A model generated the notes under the pieces. The model was given only the letters and a program-made list of their open reading frames with translations, was not told the DNA's origin and ran no database searches. Shown here piece by piece: positions 35,182 to 48,354 of a stretch of 64,000 nt of DNA (position 1 is its first letter; the number at the start of each line of letters is the position of its first letter). The translations under genes and the position numbers were made by a program. The stretch lies in the NCBI GenBank assembly GCA_964016885.1, contig OZ024741.1, forward strand, positions 297,042,001-297,106,000, in the 5' to 3' direction. The DNA comes from Eledone cirrhosa (Eukaryota).

Positions 35182-37851
35182 GTGGGGTCGAAATTTTATA
35201 TTCTGAGTCCACATATTGCATGGTGTTCATTTTGTATGAAAAATAAATGAACAAATTTTAAAAAGTATGCGATCACCCCTACCCCTCGCATAGCCCCCTC
35301 ACCTAATTCTGCGTTTTGAATACTGAAAATTTAAGGAACTGTAAACTTGTTTTAATGCTATCAGCTTTGTATTGGTTAAATATTACCTATATAACTTTTT
35401 ATAAATTATATGCAATTCCACCACCTGAAAAAAACAGTTATTGGAATCTATTTATTTATATAGTTTGTATTAATTCTTTTTATAAAAAAAAAAGCCTATA
35501 TTAAGAAAACCACTTTCAATGTATAAATAATGTAAATTCTCAATGTCTATTATGATGTGCAATAAAAAAAAACTATGCACAAATCTCAAACGAAATACAT
35601 GAACAGTGAACACCATAAAATAAGCTTTAATAGTTTTTACTATTTAATTAAATGACCATTGTCTTTGCCAGTCCAAGTGAGGTAAACTTTGTCTTGATTT
35701 CTATACATTTAATATGAATGTGTGCCTATTTTCGTAGCCTATTCTGACTTCAGAAGCTTTTGTCACTAAATTGATAGCATGCTCGACTCCTTGGCTATGA
35801 GAGGGAAGAGGTATTGCTATTAATGATCCTGAACGGGCTTTAAGAATATCAACATTTATAAAGTTCCATAAAATTGGAGAGGATGTTATAACTTCATTTT
35901 CCCAACATAAACCGGTGCTTTAAAATTAATTTTGCCTGGTAATTTGAAATTTCTTAATTCTTCGTGGGACATTCAGGGAAAAGTTCTTGCTTTAATAATT
36001 TGCTGAATTGCTACTTCCCTAATTTGTCTTCTTCCATCATTCAGCATAGTCAGTAAAATATTCTCCGGATGAGCAAAATACGAATTAGTTTTTAATGATT
36101 TCTCCATAACTTCTTTATGATCTTGGTTCATATCTTGCATTAGATGTATGTGCCATATAACAAAAATTACTTGCTCCTTCATGTAACTTTGGGTGAGATT
36201 TAATCCAGAACCAGCTTGGAGCATAAACTTGCGTTATGATTTTAACAAAATCCATAATATTCTTTTGGGGATTTTTTCTGAAACATATAAGTGAAGAATT
36301 CTGTTTGCACATGTTAACCACCTTGCATGATGGATTTTACCAGGTGATCTCTTTGCTTGATAGGTATTTTGTTTAATTTATAAGCAGATTAACTAAAAGT
36401 AAGCCACTCTACTTGGCATTCGTCGATCTCGAGAAAGCCTTTGACAGAGTTCCACGTGCTATAAGCTGTGGGCTCTTAGAAAACTAGGAGTAGATGAATG
36501 GCTTGTGAAAGCTGTACAAGCCATGTATAGGGGAGCAGTCAGCAAAGTTAGGATTAGCAATGAGTGTAGCAAGGAATTTAGCATACAGGTCGGTGTCCAC
36601 CAGGGCTCTGTTCTTAGCTCTCTCCTGTTCATCAAGACCGGATGCCCATGGGAACTCCTGTATGCAGATGACCTCGCACTTATAGCTGAATCTATGGTAG
36701 AACTAGAGAAGAAATTCCAAACTTGGAAGCAGGGACTAGAAAGAAAGGGTCTCATGGTCAACCTGACAAAGACTAAGGTCCTTTGTAGGTAGACGAGAAA
36801 ACAGAACCCAGATCCCCTCAGGGAAATGGCCTTGCTCAGTGTGTAGAAAGGGTGTAGGTAGGAACTCCATTCTCTGCCCCAAATGCAAACAATGGGTACA
36901 CAAGAGATGTAGCGGGATCTCAGGAAGCTTAATTAAGAATGTAGGCTTTACATGTAGCAGCTGTGCTGGGACAGCAAGCAGCAAACAACCACAGGAAACA
37001 AGTGCCACCAATCTCTGGGAGGGCTCTGTAGAAACAGTAGACAGCTTCTGCTACCTAGGTGACCGAGTTAGCAGCGGAGGTGGGTGTTCAGAAAGTACAA
37101 TAACTAGGGTAAGAACGGGATGGAAGAAGTTCAGGGAGCTACTGCCACTGCTAGCTGCAAAAGACTTTTCTATCAAAATGAAAGACAGACTGTATGATGC
37201 GTGTATACGAACAGCAATGTTACATGGTAGTGAGACCTTGGCGCTGAATGTGGAAGACTTGCGTAGATTAGAAAGAAACGAAGCCTGCATGCTCAGATGG
37301 ATGTGTAATAGTAATATACGCAAACAGCAAAGCATAAATGAATTGAGAGAGATTTTCCCACTTGAGGCAAGATTGGTTGTCTTGCTTGTATAGGACTGTC
37401 TGGCAGGTTTTCTATGGCTGGATGCCCTTCCTAACACCAACCACGTTTACAGTGTGGACTGGGAGGTTTTTATCGTGTTACCTACACGGCCACATTACAG
37501 TGTGGACTGCTTTTTTTTTTTGTCGTGACACCTACACGACCTCATTTATTTCGGACTGGATGTTGTGGTACCAACATAACTTTACATCGAAAGGATGGTG
37601 TGGGGGTAATGGGACGGGGGTGTATTTTTGTTAAGAGGTGCCTACTGACTGTAGGTTTTGCTTTGTACTTAGGCAAGGCGGGTCTTCTGTATATATAGAA
37701 AATTAGGGTATTTAATTGTGAGGGGTATATGCGAGGGGTACGGGGGTCACATAACCCTAATTTCCATATATTTTATTTAAAATACTATTTGAAACTCTGG
37801 GCATACTGTGGAATTAAGGTTCCTTAAAAATGGTTGTGTTTCGACACCCCC
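35182..37851 (-). mobile_element. Decayed DDE DNA transposon (family uncertain, possibly Sola2-like) with nested RTE pieces
   Basis: Ends GTGGGGTCGAAA / TTTCGACACCCCC; inverted subterminal CCCCTCGCATA motif; transposase remnants HARWLT, YFAHPENILL, PSHSQGVE. Confidence 0.65.
36395..37352 (+). mobile_element. RTE fragment (same family as 27342-30385) nested in the DNA transposon
   Basis: GVHQGSVLS, LLYADD, WPCSVC..HKRC; followed directly by an inverted RTE 3'UTR at 37356-37690. Confidence 0.9.
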
Positions 37852-38768
37852 TAATGATACATGTACCAGGTGAAGGTACATCGTTAAGTGATTGGGATGT
37901 TGGACTTACAATCATAAGGTCTTGGTTTCAATTCCTGGATTAGATGGTATGTTGATTTTTTGAATAAAATGCCTCATTTCACACTACTTCAGGCCACTCA
38001 GCTAATTAAAAAAATGAGTATCAGTAGCCTATGGTCATGAACTTTGGGTAATGACCAAAAGAATACAATAGTGAGTACAAGCAGCTGAAATGGGGTTCCT
38101 CCAAAGGGTCTTTGGAGTAATGTTACTTGATTAGAGTACTTAGCTCAAAAATCAGAAAGTCACTCCAGGTAGAGCTGCTACTGCTACGAATTGAGAGATT
38201 ACAGTTCCAATACTTTGGGCACGTGGTTAGAATTTCTCAGGAAAGAATTGCTGGACAGATTTTATGGACAAAGCCAAACGGCGGAAGACCCAGGAGTAGA
38301 CCCCGAGCAAGATGGTTGGATAACATTCATGAGCTTGGCTGGTCTCGCTTGGGGGAGACGGTTGCTTCTGACAGGACTCGCTGGAAGGAATGTTTGAGGA
38401 CTCTGCCCCCACAACCCTCTCAGGAATAAATGGGCAAAGAAGAAGAGAATCAGCAGCAACTGGGGGTTAACCTCTGCAATAAATTGATACCCAGGGGGAA
38501 GGCCTATACTGTAAGATCAGGGCCCCCACTATCATTAAAATACCCAAGAAAACTTCTGTGAAATGCAACCTTATAAGAGGTCACACCAGTTAAACTTACA
38601 CTGGTATGACCTCTAACAACAACAACTATTTATCTTTTACTGTTTCTTTCCTTCTTCTTTATCCAGCTTTATTAGCTCAATATTTGTAGCAGCTTCTAAA
38701 ACATACTTACCCTAACCCTTTCAAGCAAACTATAAAACTATTTAAACTATGATATAGATCAACATTAC

Positions 38769-38874
38769 CTTGAAATCTCTTGGGGTAATACATTTATATT
38801 GTCCGCTCCAAAGTGCCTTCACTATAACAGCAAATTCATCGACAACTTCTCCACTATCTCCTAATACACTATTT
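38769..38874 (-). CDS. USP8: USP8 exon (RNSVLGDSGEVVDEFAVIVKALWSGQYKCITPRDFK)
   Basis: Matches the USP8 G.V.EEF...KALW.GQY..I.P.DFK pattern; cag/GTAATG; phase 2-0. Confidence 0.93.
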
Positions 38875-39767
38875 CTGAAAAACAAAAATTTTAAATAAGC
38901 AAGTTTAAATTACTTAGAATAAGATAAATACACACCAAGAGTAAATATAGCATTACTGAAATTATTGTTCTTTTTTTTAGCATTTAGTCATGGAAGAAAC
39001 GACAGCATTCATAACCAAACATTTTTCTTCAGGTCTAGAAACAGTTCTGTCTGAACAAGACATTTGGTCACCAGACCCGACTTGCCTCAAATGGGACAAC
39101 TCGTCTAATCCAGGCTAGCATGGAAAATAGACATTAAACGATGATGATGATGATGATATCTCTGAAACTAATAGAGAGGGGGGGGGAGAACTTATCTTGA
39201 AACTGGACATTTGGCCTGAATGCCTGCAACAGTCCACTTAGTTTTCGTCCTTCAGAGGGTTGATAAAATAACAAGCCCAGGCAGGTATTGGAGTCATCTT
39301 CATCATTACCGTTTTAACATCTGCCTTCCTTGCTAGCAAGGAGTTGACGGGTATAGACAAACAAAGTCAGTTCTGAAGCAGGGCTACTGACCTCCCACTT
39401 AGGCCAGGATCTGTGTTTCGCTTATGTATGGTCTCACGTTCTACCGAGTGCACAGGAGAGGTTATCATGTTTCTGCAGGAACTCTGAGATTCATGGGACA
39501 TGAGTGAGTTAGGAAAATATTCTCAAACCAGAGATCTGGCTCAAATGTTTACATCAGGGTAAACTCTAATAAAGGCACCAAAGGACTAGGTGGTGGTGTT
39601 AAAATGGGTTACAAATTAAGTCTACCACCTATGAACTTGGTTAATAAGATAGGTTGGACTGAGTTTAGATGTATGAACAATATTTGCTTGAGTTTGTGGA
39701 GTGGATAGTGTTCATTTGGAGTAATTTTGTGTTTATGCAGATATAGTTGCATATATGTGTGTGTGTT

Positions 39768-42285
39768 CTTTTTCTTCTTTGGCCACTTATTCCTGAGAGG
39801 GTCATGGGGTCAGAGTCCTCAAACAATCCTTCCAACAGGTTCTGTCAGAAGCAACCATCTCCAACTGATCCGGCTGGATACTCAAGCGAGACCAGCCAAG
39901 CTCATGGATGTTATCCAACTATCTTGCTCAGGGTCTGCTTCTGGGTCTCCTGTCAGTTGGTTTTGCCTGTAAAATCTGTCCATCGATTCTTTGCTGAGAC
40001 ATTCTAACCCCATGTCCATAGTATTGGAGCTGTGATCTCTCAATTTGGAGAGGTAGCTCTACTTGGAATGTAAAGTTACTCCAAAGACCCTTCGGAGGAA
40101 CCCTAATTTGACCGCTTGTATTCATGATCATATTCTTTCAGTCATTACCCAAGATTCATGACCATAGGTAAGGGCTGGCATGAATACCGAATTGAAAATA
40201 GCGAGTTTGGCTTTTATGCCTACCTCCTTTCTTCTGGTCACTGAATGCTGAAGCTGGCACATTACTGCAGCAGCTCCGGCAATTCTTGCACTCAATTCAG
40301 CCTCCTGCCTTCCATCACTCATGAACGCAGCCCCGAGATACTTGAACTTCTCCACCTGCTTCAGTGGAACTCCATTCACATGCAGAGTGCATTGCACAGG
40401 CTTCCCTGCTAGAACGAGTGTCTCGGTTTTTGCAGCACTGATTTTCATTCCAGCCATGCAGCACTCGGCATGAAACCTATCAAATGCAAGTTGGAGATCA
40501 CTTTCTGTTGAGTTAAGTAACACCATATCATCTGCAAATTCCAGCTGACTGATTTTACACTCGGTTGCGCATGTCAATCCTGTTCATGTAAATAATGAAC
40601 AGGAAAGGTGACAGTACACACCCTTGGTGGAGTCCAAATCCCACACTGAATGGTTTCAATTTAGCACCATTTATCTGAGCATAAATACTCAGGCATTCGT
40701 ATAGAGAAAGCTGACCATCGATCCCATACTCCTGCAGAACCTTCCACAGAACGTCCCAAGGAACACAGTCATATGCTTTTCAATATCGACAAAACAAGAA
40801 TATACCTCTTGGCAATACTCCCACGATTTCTCGAACACCTGTCACAGTGTGAATATTTGGTCAGTTGTGCTGCATCTGGGGCAGAAACTGCACTGTTCAT
40901 CCGCTAGCTTGGACTCGACAATTTCCCTACATCTCTTTGCCAGATACTTAGCATAGACTTTACCAGGCAGGCTTAACAAGAGCCTACTGTAATTGGTACA
41001 ATCTCTCTTGGCTCCCTTTTTGAAAAATGAGATTATCACTCCCAATTGCCATTGCTTAGGTGCCTTTCCAGAGATTCAAGCCACCTGGCACACATGAATC
41101 AGCCAGGAAATACCTTCTCTAGTTAAGGCTTTTAACATCTCGGGTCAGATTTCCTCTTCCCCAGAGGCCTCGCCACATTTGAGCTCTTTAACTGCTCTTG
41201 TGACCTCAACCTCAGAGAGGTTAGTCACTGCTCCCAAATGTACCTCGTTTACATCCGAAGATGCTGTTGTGATCAGGTTTAGGAGATCAACAAAGTATTC
41301 TCTCCACCTCGCAAGGATGCACTTCTCTGAAGGAAGGAGAACCCCAGACGCATTCTTGATAGCAAGTGTGGAGGAGGACTTCTTATTACAAAGTTAGCAG
41401 ATAGTCTGGCAGAAGACTTTATTTGCTGATCTGGAGTTGGATTCTAGCTTAACCCCAAAGTCCTTCCATGTCTTAACTTTGGACGCCTTTACTGTCTCTA
41501 CTGCTATTCTTTGTGCTTGCTTGTACTGCAAGTGCAAAAAGGAGGACTTATTTCCAAGCCAAGCTTTTTAAGCCTCCCTCTTTGCTTAGATGGCATCTTT
41601 GACCTCTTGATTGAACCAAGGGGTCCTCCTGCCATTCGGCGCCACACCAAGCCTCTTTCGCCTGCAGCATTTAACAGATAAAGCAGAAACTGCTGTGCTG
41701 AACAGTCTCCACTGTCTCAATGTCCTCAGTTTTCTCAGGGAGTTCTCTGAATAAGATAGGTTGGATTGAGTTTAAATGTATGAACAATATTTGGATGCAA
41801 TAGTATCTGCATACCTGGTCCTGACTTCCTTATCCACCAATGCTTCCTACTTTATACTATAGGTCACTCTGAGTCTGCCAGTTTTGTAGGCTTCTTTGGC
41901 TTTTGGTAGTCTCAAGTTACAGATAACTAGATGGTAATCAGTTGACAGCTCAGCCCCTCTCTTAACACAAAACACCCAGCACAAAATCAAAGAGATAAAA
42001 GACAATAACAAAATCAATTATTAATCTCTGTCTCCGATTTCTCTTATACCATGTATATTTATGGATATCTCTGTGCTGGAAGATGTTCATAATAGAGAGT
42101 CCATTGCTGGAACAGAAGTCTAGTAAGGCCTCTTCATTTGTATTTAGATCGGGGTCACAAATCCTTCCAATCACTCCTTTCTATGTCAGGTCGTCAGTGC
42201 CAACATGTACATTGAAGTCTCCCATCAGGATATATGACTCAGTCTTAACTACATCTAATGCTGCAGTGACTTCATCAAGGAATAT
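39768..42285 (-). mobile_element. Long decayed RTE (Expander-like) LINE
   Basis: MGDFNVHVG, LLDFC, FADD, FKYLG, LTYGHESW. Confidence 0.88.
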
Positions 42286-42852
42286 ATATATAACGATAAA
42301 AAGCACTGTAAATGTGGTTGGCATTAGAAAGGGTATCCAGCTGTAGAAACCAAGCCAGAAACCGTTCTGTATGAGCAAGATACAATCATCTGATTTGACT
42401 TGACTCATAATGGGACAACTTGTCAGTTAGCGTAGAAAAATGGATGTTAAATGGTGACGAAAGTTAGAGTGAGTAAAGCAGAATAATAATAAATATAAAA
42501 ATACGTGAACAGAAATGTTCAAAACAAAATATGGTTAATTCAGAAAAATGAAGGAGACTAGAAAAAACATCTTATATGCTTTGGTTTTTGGTTCCATCGT
42601 GCCAAATGTTGAAAAAGAGACGGAAGAAGAGAAAAGGAAAGCCAGCCTGCCTGTTTGGGTTGTGTGATGGCAGCCTGACTGAAGGGAGGAGGGGAGAAAA
42701 ATACTCAGTCATCGTGACAAAAAGTTAGTGAAAAGATTAGGGCAAAATAACAGGAAGTTAGGGCTAGAAAAAGTAGAATAAAAATAAATATAAAAATACA
42801 TGAATCATCATCATTGTTTAACGTCTATCTTCTACGCTAGCATTGGTTAGAC

Positions 42853-44550
42853 CACAGATTCTCAACCCATTTAGGCCAAACGCCCTCTTTTGTCCCTCGA
42901 AAACACGAAACGCCCCCTACCTTATTTTTCCATTTTTCAATATACTACTGATTTTGATATCAGTAGATTACTAAAAAATTGATTAACAATATTCCAAAGA
43001 TACCATTGCAGGTAGCTGAGAGTATAAATACATTCCTTGAAAGGAAATATATAAATTTCAAAAAAAGGAACATAAATGTTCTTTTTTATGAATAAGGACC
43101 AGTTGAATTTGTTATATTCCCACCAGGCGATACCAGCTATTTTGAACATTTATACAAGAGCAACTCTGTCTATCCCAAGTGTGCTCTTATCTGGAAGAAA
43201 GAGGCAATTATATCATTTCAAAGCTTTCCAATGTTCCCTTTAATGAAACGGACAGAATAAATGTTGATATCTAACTTGATGTCCCCTCCGGAAGAGGGTT
43301 TTCATGACCACGTAAGAGGGTATATTTATTAGTAAATGGTAAAATATATACAACAAATGAGTAAGTGAATAAAAGTAGATGGTTTCCAGTCCAGTCAGAC
43401 TGCAAGTACAAATAAAAAAATTGTTAGTTTGCTTTGTAACAATAGCATAGCCAAGTTTTCGGATAAATCAACTTACTTTAACTTTGACCTTATTTCAATG
43501 GGACCCTTGAGCTTCATGGAGTCTAGCCTACTCTTTGACGCCAGGCTGGATTTTCGTAAAACATAGCTGGAGATCGCCATGTGTAAATACATTGTAGCGG
43601 TTGCGAGCCTTACTGTGCAGTCTGGAAACAACACCAAACCTCCTCTCGACTAAGTATGAGCTTGGAAAAGGCAGAGCAAATCTCTTAGCCTCTGCATGTA
43701 GGTGTGGAAATCGACGCTAAATTTCCTCTTGCATCCCAAAAAGGGGTTTACCTATTTTGGAAAATCTAATTTTGATCATGTCATCTGCTTGAAGTTCAAT
43801 GAATTCTTCCTGAAATTTAACGTCCAAATCATCGACGGTAGCTATGAAGGAATCTGCTATCCACATTGGGATGTCCATCTGCAAAAGGTCGACAAACCGT
43901 TCTCTCATGTTATCTTGTAGTGCACGGAGGTGAGTGGTATAAATTTGGAGATGGTCATCGCTTACAATGTTTTGAACATTGGCAACACTAGGAAAATTAT
44001 AGAATTCTCGTCCACAAAGATTCCTTTCGATGACATTCAATTTGGCCAGGAATGTTTTCACAGCATTCCTTGCTTTAAGCAAGGTGATCTTATTCCTCTG
44101 CAAAGCCAAGATGACGCTATTGCATTTGTCGAAGATGTTAGTGAGGTAGGCACAGTCTTGCCTCACATCGAGGGTTTTCTTGTACAGTTTTGTGTTGCGT
44201 CCTCGCAGAAACTCAATGATAGAGTCGAAGAGTTCAAAGAAGTGAGTAAGGCAGCTGCCCTTTGAAAGCCACCTCACTTCAGTATGAAGGAGCAACTTGA
44301 CGAATTCTTCGTCATTATCTTAGCACAGTTCCCGGAAAATTCGTTCATTGAGGGAATGCCGGTTGATAAAATTGATGACATCAATGGCCACCTGCAAGGA
44401 CTTGCTCAGCGGCTCGCTGAGTTTCTTCGCAGCCAAGTGAATGACACAATGAACAGCAAATACAGATAGATTTTCTCTCTTCAGAAGAGTGACGAAACCC
44501 TTATGTTGGCCGACCATTGCTCTTGCGTCGTCCGTAGCACATGATACAAT
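42853..44550 (-). mobile_element. hAT (Charlie/Buster-type) transposon, 3' half, disabled
   Basis: CATDDARAMVG, HCVIH, TEVRWLSKG, FPSSYLVERGF; terminal repeat CACAGATTCTCAACC next to a TAGAC target. Confidence 0.88.
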
Positions 44551-45475
44551 GTGTGTTGTATGTGGTCCTAGATGTTTGTATTACCTGATTATGTGTTGTA
44601 TGTGGTCCTAGATGTTTGTATTACCTCCTTATGTGTTGTTTATGGTCTTAGATGTTTGTATTACCTGCTTGTGTGTTGTATCTGGTCCTAGATGTATGTA
44701 TTACCTGCTTATGTGTTGTATGTGGTTCTATATATATATGTATTACCTGCTTATGTGTTGTATCTGGTCCTAGATGTATGTATTACCTGCTTATGTGTTG
44801 TATGTGGTCCTAGATGTATGTATTACCTGATTATGTGTTGTATGTGGTCCTAGATGTTTGTATTACCTGATTATGTGTTGTATGTGGTCCTAGATGTTTG
44901 TATTACCTGATTATGTGTTGTATGTGGTCCTAGATGTTTGTATTGCCTCCTTATGTGTTGTTTGTGGTCTTAGATGTTTGTATTACCTGCTTGTGTGTTG
45001 TATCTGGTCCTAGATGTATGTATTACCTGCTTATGTGTTGTATGTGGTTCTATATATATGTATTACCTGCTTATGTGTTGTATCTGGTCCTAGATGTATG
45101 TATTACCTGCTTATGTGTTGTATGTGGTCCTAGATGTATGTATTACCTGATTATGTGTTGTATGTGGTCCTAGATGTTTGTATTACCTGATTATGTGTTG
45201 TATGTGGTCCTAGATGTTTGTATTACCTCCTTATGTGTTGTTTGTGGTCTTAGATGTTTGTATTACCTGCTTGTGTGTTGTATGTGGTCCTAGATGTATG
45301 TATTACTTGCTTATGTGTTGTATGTGGTCCTAGATGTATGTATTACTTGCCTGTGTGTTGTATGTGGTCCTAGATGTGTGTGCTACCTCCTTACGTATTG
45401 CATGTGGTCCTAGATGTGTGTATTACCTGCCGGTGTGTTGTATGTGGTCCTAGATGTGTGTGCTACCCGCTTCTG
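44551..45475. repeat. 40-bp minisatellite, about 23 units
   Basis: TGTGTTGTATGTGGTCCTAGATGTWTGTATTACCTGMTTA tandem. Confidence 0.95.
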
Positions 45476-46065
45476 TGTTTTTTCTTTTCTTTTTCTATTT
45501 GTAATATCATTTATACAATAGGGAATAAAATAGATCTACATAGTGTTAACTCGTTACAGTTGAGTCAATAATTTCAGGCATGAAATACATTGTTATCGGT
45601 GAAGGAAAGATAAGATTCTAACTGGCTGAGCTCAAAGTGTCCTTGACCCAGTTGACTGTGGGATTTTCCATTTTTAGGATCTCAATTGCCGGTTAATGTC
45701 TAGACACACCTGCGGTCAGACCATAGTTATGCTGTCTGCATGCTCATTCAAATGCATTCACACTGACTATCTCAAAGACATACAAATATGGCTTATAAAA
45801 CTTACCAAAGTAAAGAGCCTTCCAGCGCCCCCCTTCCTCTCATTAATTTCAATAGCTTACATTTTTTAACACGATATTTTACTTTCTTCTTCTTGCTTTT
45901 TTCTTCCTTTCCTTTTCTTCCTTTGTTTCATTCATGAGACTTTCGCTCTATAAAAAATCACCAGACTTTCTCCCTGATATCACATAAAATTCTATGTGGA
46001 CTTGTTATAGCTTAATTGCTATAAGTTAATGTTTTGTCTTGTCTCTTACTCCACTGGACAGTGCT

Positions 46066-46153
46066 TTGGCTTGTGTCAGATGCTGTGACCCCAGGTGGAC
46101 CAGCAGTATCATTAGTAGGGGTCGAAACTGTCAAAGTCCATCTCAACAGCCAA
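46066..46153 (+). ncRNA. Degenerate hammerhead motif (family 5) in a probable Penelope-like remnant ending at (TA)n near 46290
   Basis: AGAUG-CUG[4 nt missing]UGACCCC..GGGGUC-GAA-ACU..AGU-C/CAUCU; outer pairing UUGGC/GCCAA. Confidence 0.5.
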
Positions 46154-46439
46154 TGAACCTGGAGTTCTGTATCTTTTGTTTGTAATTAATTTTTTTTTTA
46201 AGGTTTCCCCTTAAAAAAATTGTTTATCGTTTTGCCTTGTTTTCGTTTGTTGTCTTATCCTCTCTTTGTTAATTTTCTTAAGTTTTTCCTATATATATAT
46301 ATATGGAGTAGGAGATTAAAAGGCTATGGGAAGTGCCCCTTTTCCAATCTAATAATTAAAATAGAATATAATTATGTCCTATTTACAATACAGCAATGCA
46401 GTTATAAATAACATTATTATTATAGCAAGGTGGATAGAT

Positions 46440-46640
46440 TGGCAGGGCGGTGGATTGACAGTATCGGTAAAGGGTCGGACGCCATGCTTTGACGCATAGA
46501 GTTACGGCCCTTGCCATTCTGAGTTCAAATCCCGCCGAGGTTAACTTTGCCTTTCATCCTTATGGGGTCGATAAAATAAAGTACCAGTAATGCACTGGGT
46601 AATTGCTGGCCTTGTGCCAAAAGTAGAAACAATTATTATT
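46440..46640 (+). mobile_element. Meta-like SINE with target-site duplication, about 30 bp from the USP8 Cys-box exon donor
   Basis: Near-identical to 270-467; ATTATTATAGCAAGGT repeated on both sides. Confidence 0.85.
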
Positions 46641-46668
46641 ATAGCAAGGTAAAAGAAAGAGGGCTGAC

Positions 46669-46799
46669 CTATTTACATGATCAAGGTATGCGTCTTGGAG
46701 AAAGTATTTGAGTAAAGCATTAGTATTACTTAAGCACTGTATTATTGAGTTCATGTAGCAGGTATTACCAATATTTTTCAACCCAGTAAGTCCATGGTG
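46669..46799 (-). CDS. USP8: USP8 Cys-box exon ([23 protein letters not shown]...)
   Basis: GLxNxGNTCYMN catalytic Cys box; cag/GTCAGC; phase 0-2. Confidence 0.95.
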
Positions 46800-47755
46800 C
46801 TGCAAAAGTACAAGAAAACAACATTTAACATTTTGCTTCCACTGATCTGTGACTATATCCATCTTGGTTTAGAATAGGTGCACTATATTCCTGCTGGTTA
46901 TATGAGGTGACTAAACAGGTTGGTATCAGGAAGGGCATCCAGCCATAAAACACTGCTTCAAAAAGGATCCCATGACGAGTATGAGTATGGTTATGCCTGT
47001 CATGGGACCTTCAAGATTAAATCTTCCTTTAGCATGAAAAATGGCCTTAAATGCTTCTTGTTGTATATACATATTTCAAGTTTAAAATACATACACATAT
47101 AAAATAATATAACTATAGTGGAAAATCAGCTTGGTTAACTCACACAGCCTAGAAACCATCTATAGAAACCTCTCTGGTGCTGGTGCCATGATAGAATGCA
47201 CCCAATACACTCTGTAAAGTGGCTGGCATTAGGAAAGGTATCCAGCCATAAAAACCATGCCAAAAACTGAAACATATGTAAGCAAGAAAAGATGCCAGTT
47301 TGTCACAAGATTAACCTTCATCTAGTGCTGGTAGTCATTTTTTTTTTAGCTGAATTGGCGGGAGAGGTATGAAATGATGTGTCTTGCTTAAGGATGCAAC
47401 ATGCCACATAGTCTAAGAATCAAACCCACAACCTTACAATCATGAGTCCAACACCCTAACCACTAAGTGGTGGAACTTCATTCAATGTATAGTTGTTAGA
47501 TGAAATCATTTTTATATGTTTATATACTATTTATTTGATTCTCATTGAGGGGTGTATAACTCTACAAATTTAGTATTTAACATGTATGTTTAGTACAGAT
47601 ATTTTACATTTCTTTTAACACTAACATCATAACATTATGACATGGGATTGACAATTATTTTCTACCAGATGGTCTAACAACAGTCTAGATACTCCAAGAT
47701 AGCATTTCAGTAATATTTCCACAACTACAGTTGATATAGAACAAAACACACTTAC

Positions 47756-47813
47756 CACATTGCCAAACACGGGGTTCAAATTTCTAACTCGCACTTGATT
47801 AGGATTTGGTTTA
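47756..47813 (-). CDS. USP8: USP8 exon (SKPNPNQVRVRNLNPVFGNV)
   Basis: RNLNPVFG precedes the Cys box in human USP8; cag/GTAAGT; phase 2-0. Confidence 0.92.
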
Positions 47814-48354
47814 CTGTAAAGAGCTATATGACTGCTTCCAAAACTAACACATAAAAATAAGAGAATTTTTGTTAGTATAACCAGCAGGAAAAAATACAAC
47901 ATCAAACAAAAAAGAAATGTGAGTAAAAGGAAAAGAGAGGAAAGATGATGGAAAAGAAAGGAGGGGGACACAGAAGTGCGAGAGAAAAGAGATTTAGAAA
48001 GAAACGAAAGAAATATTTTAATGTCAACAATGTACAGATTATATATATATATATATAATATATATATATATAATATATATATATAACATATATATATAAT
48101 ATATATATATATAATATATAATATATATAGTAATAATAAATTTGAAGACTAAAATCCAAAGAGGTGAAAGCAGCGATTCTTTGCTTAAACTTTAATCTGT
48201 TATTTTAATAAATATAATATATATATATATATAATATATATATATAATATATATATATATAGATAATCAGATCCCGTCCCACCCTTGCAAGTAGGGAAAA
48301 GTGGACGTAAAATGAAATGAAAAATGAAAAATGATATATATATGTGTGTGTGGG

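Noticed and set aside
44551-45475. CRISPR-like regular array (also 60003-60390)
   Set aside because: Units are contiguous with no unique spacers and no cas genes; these are eukaryotic minisatellites and their ORFs are repeat artefacts
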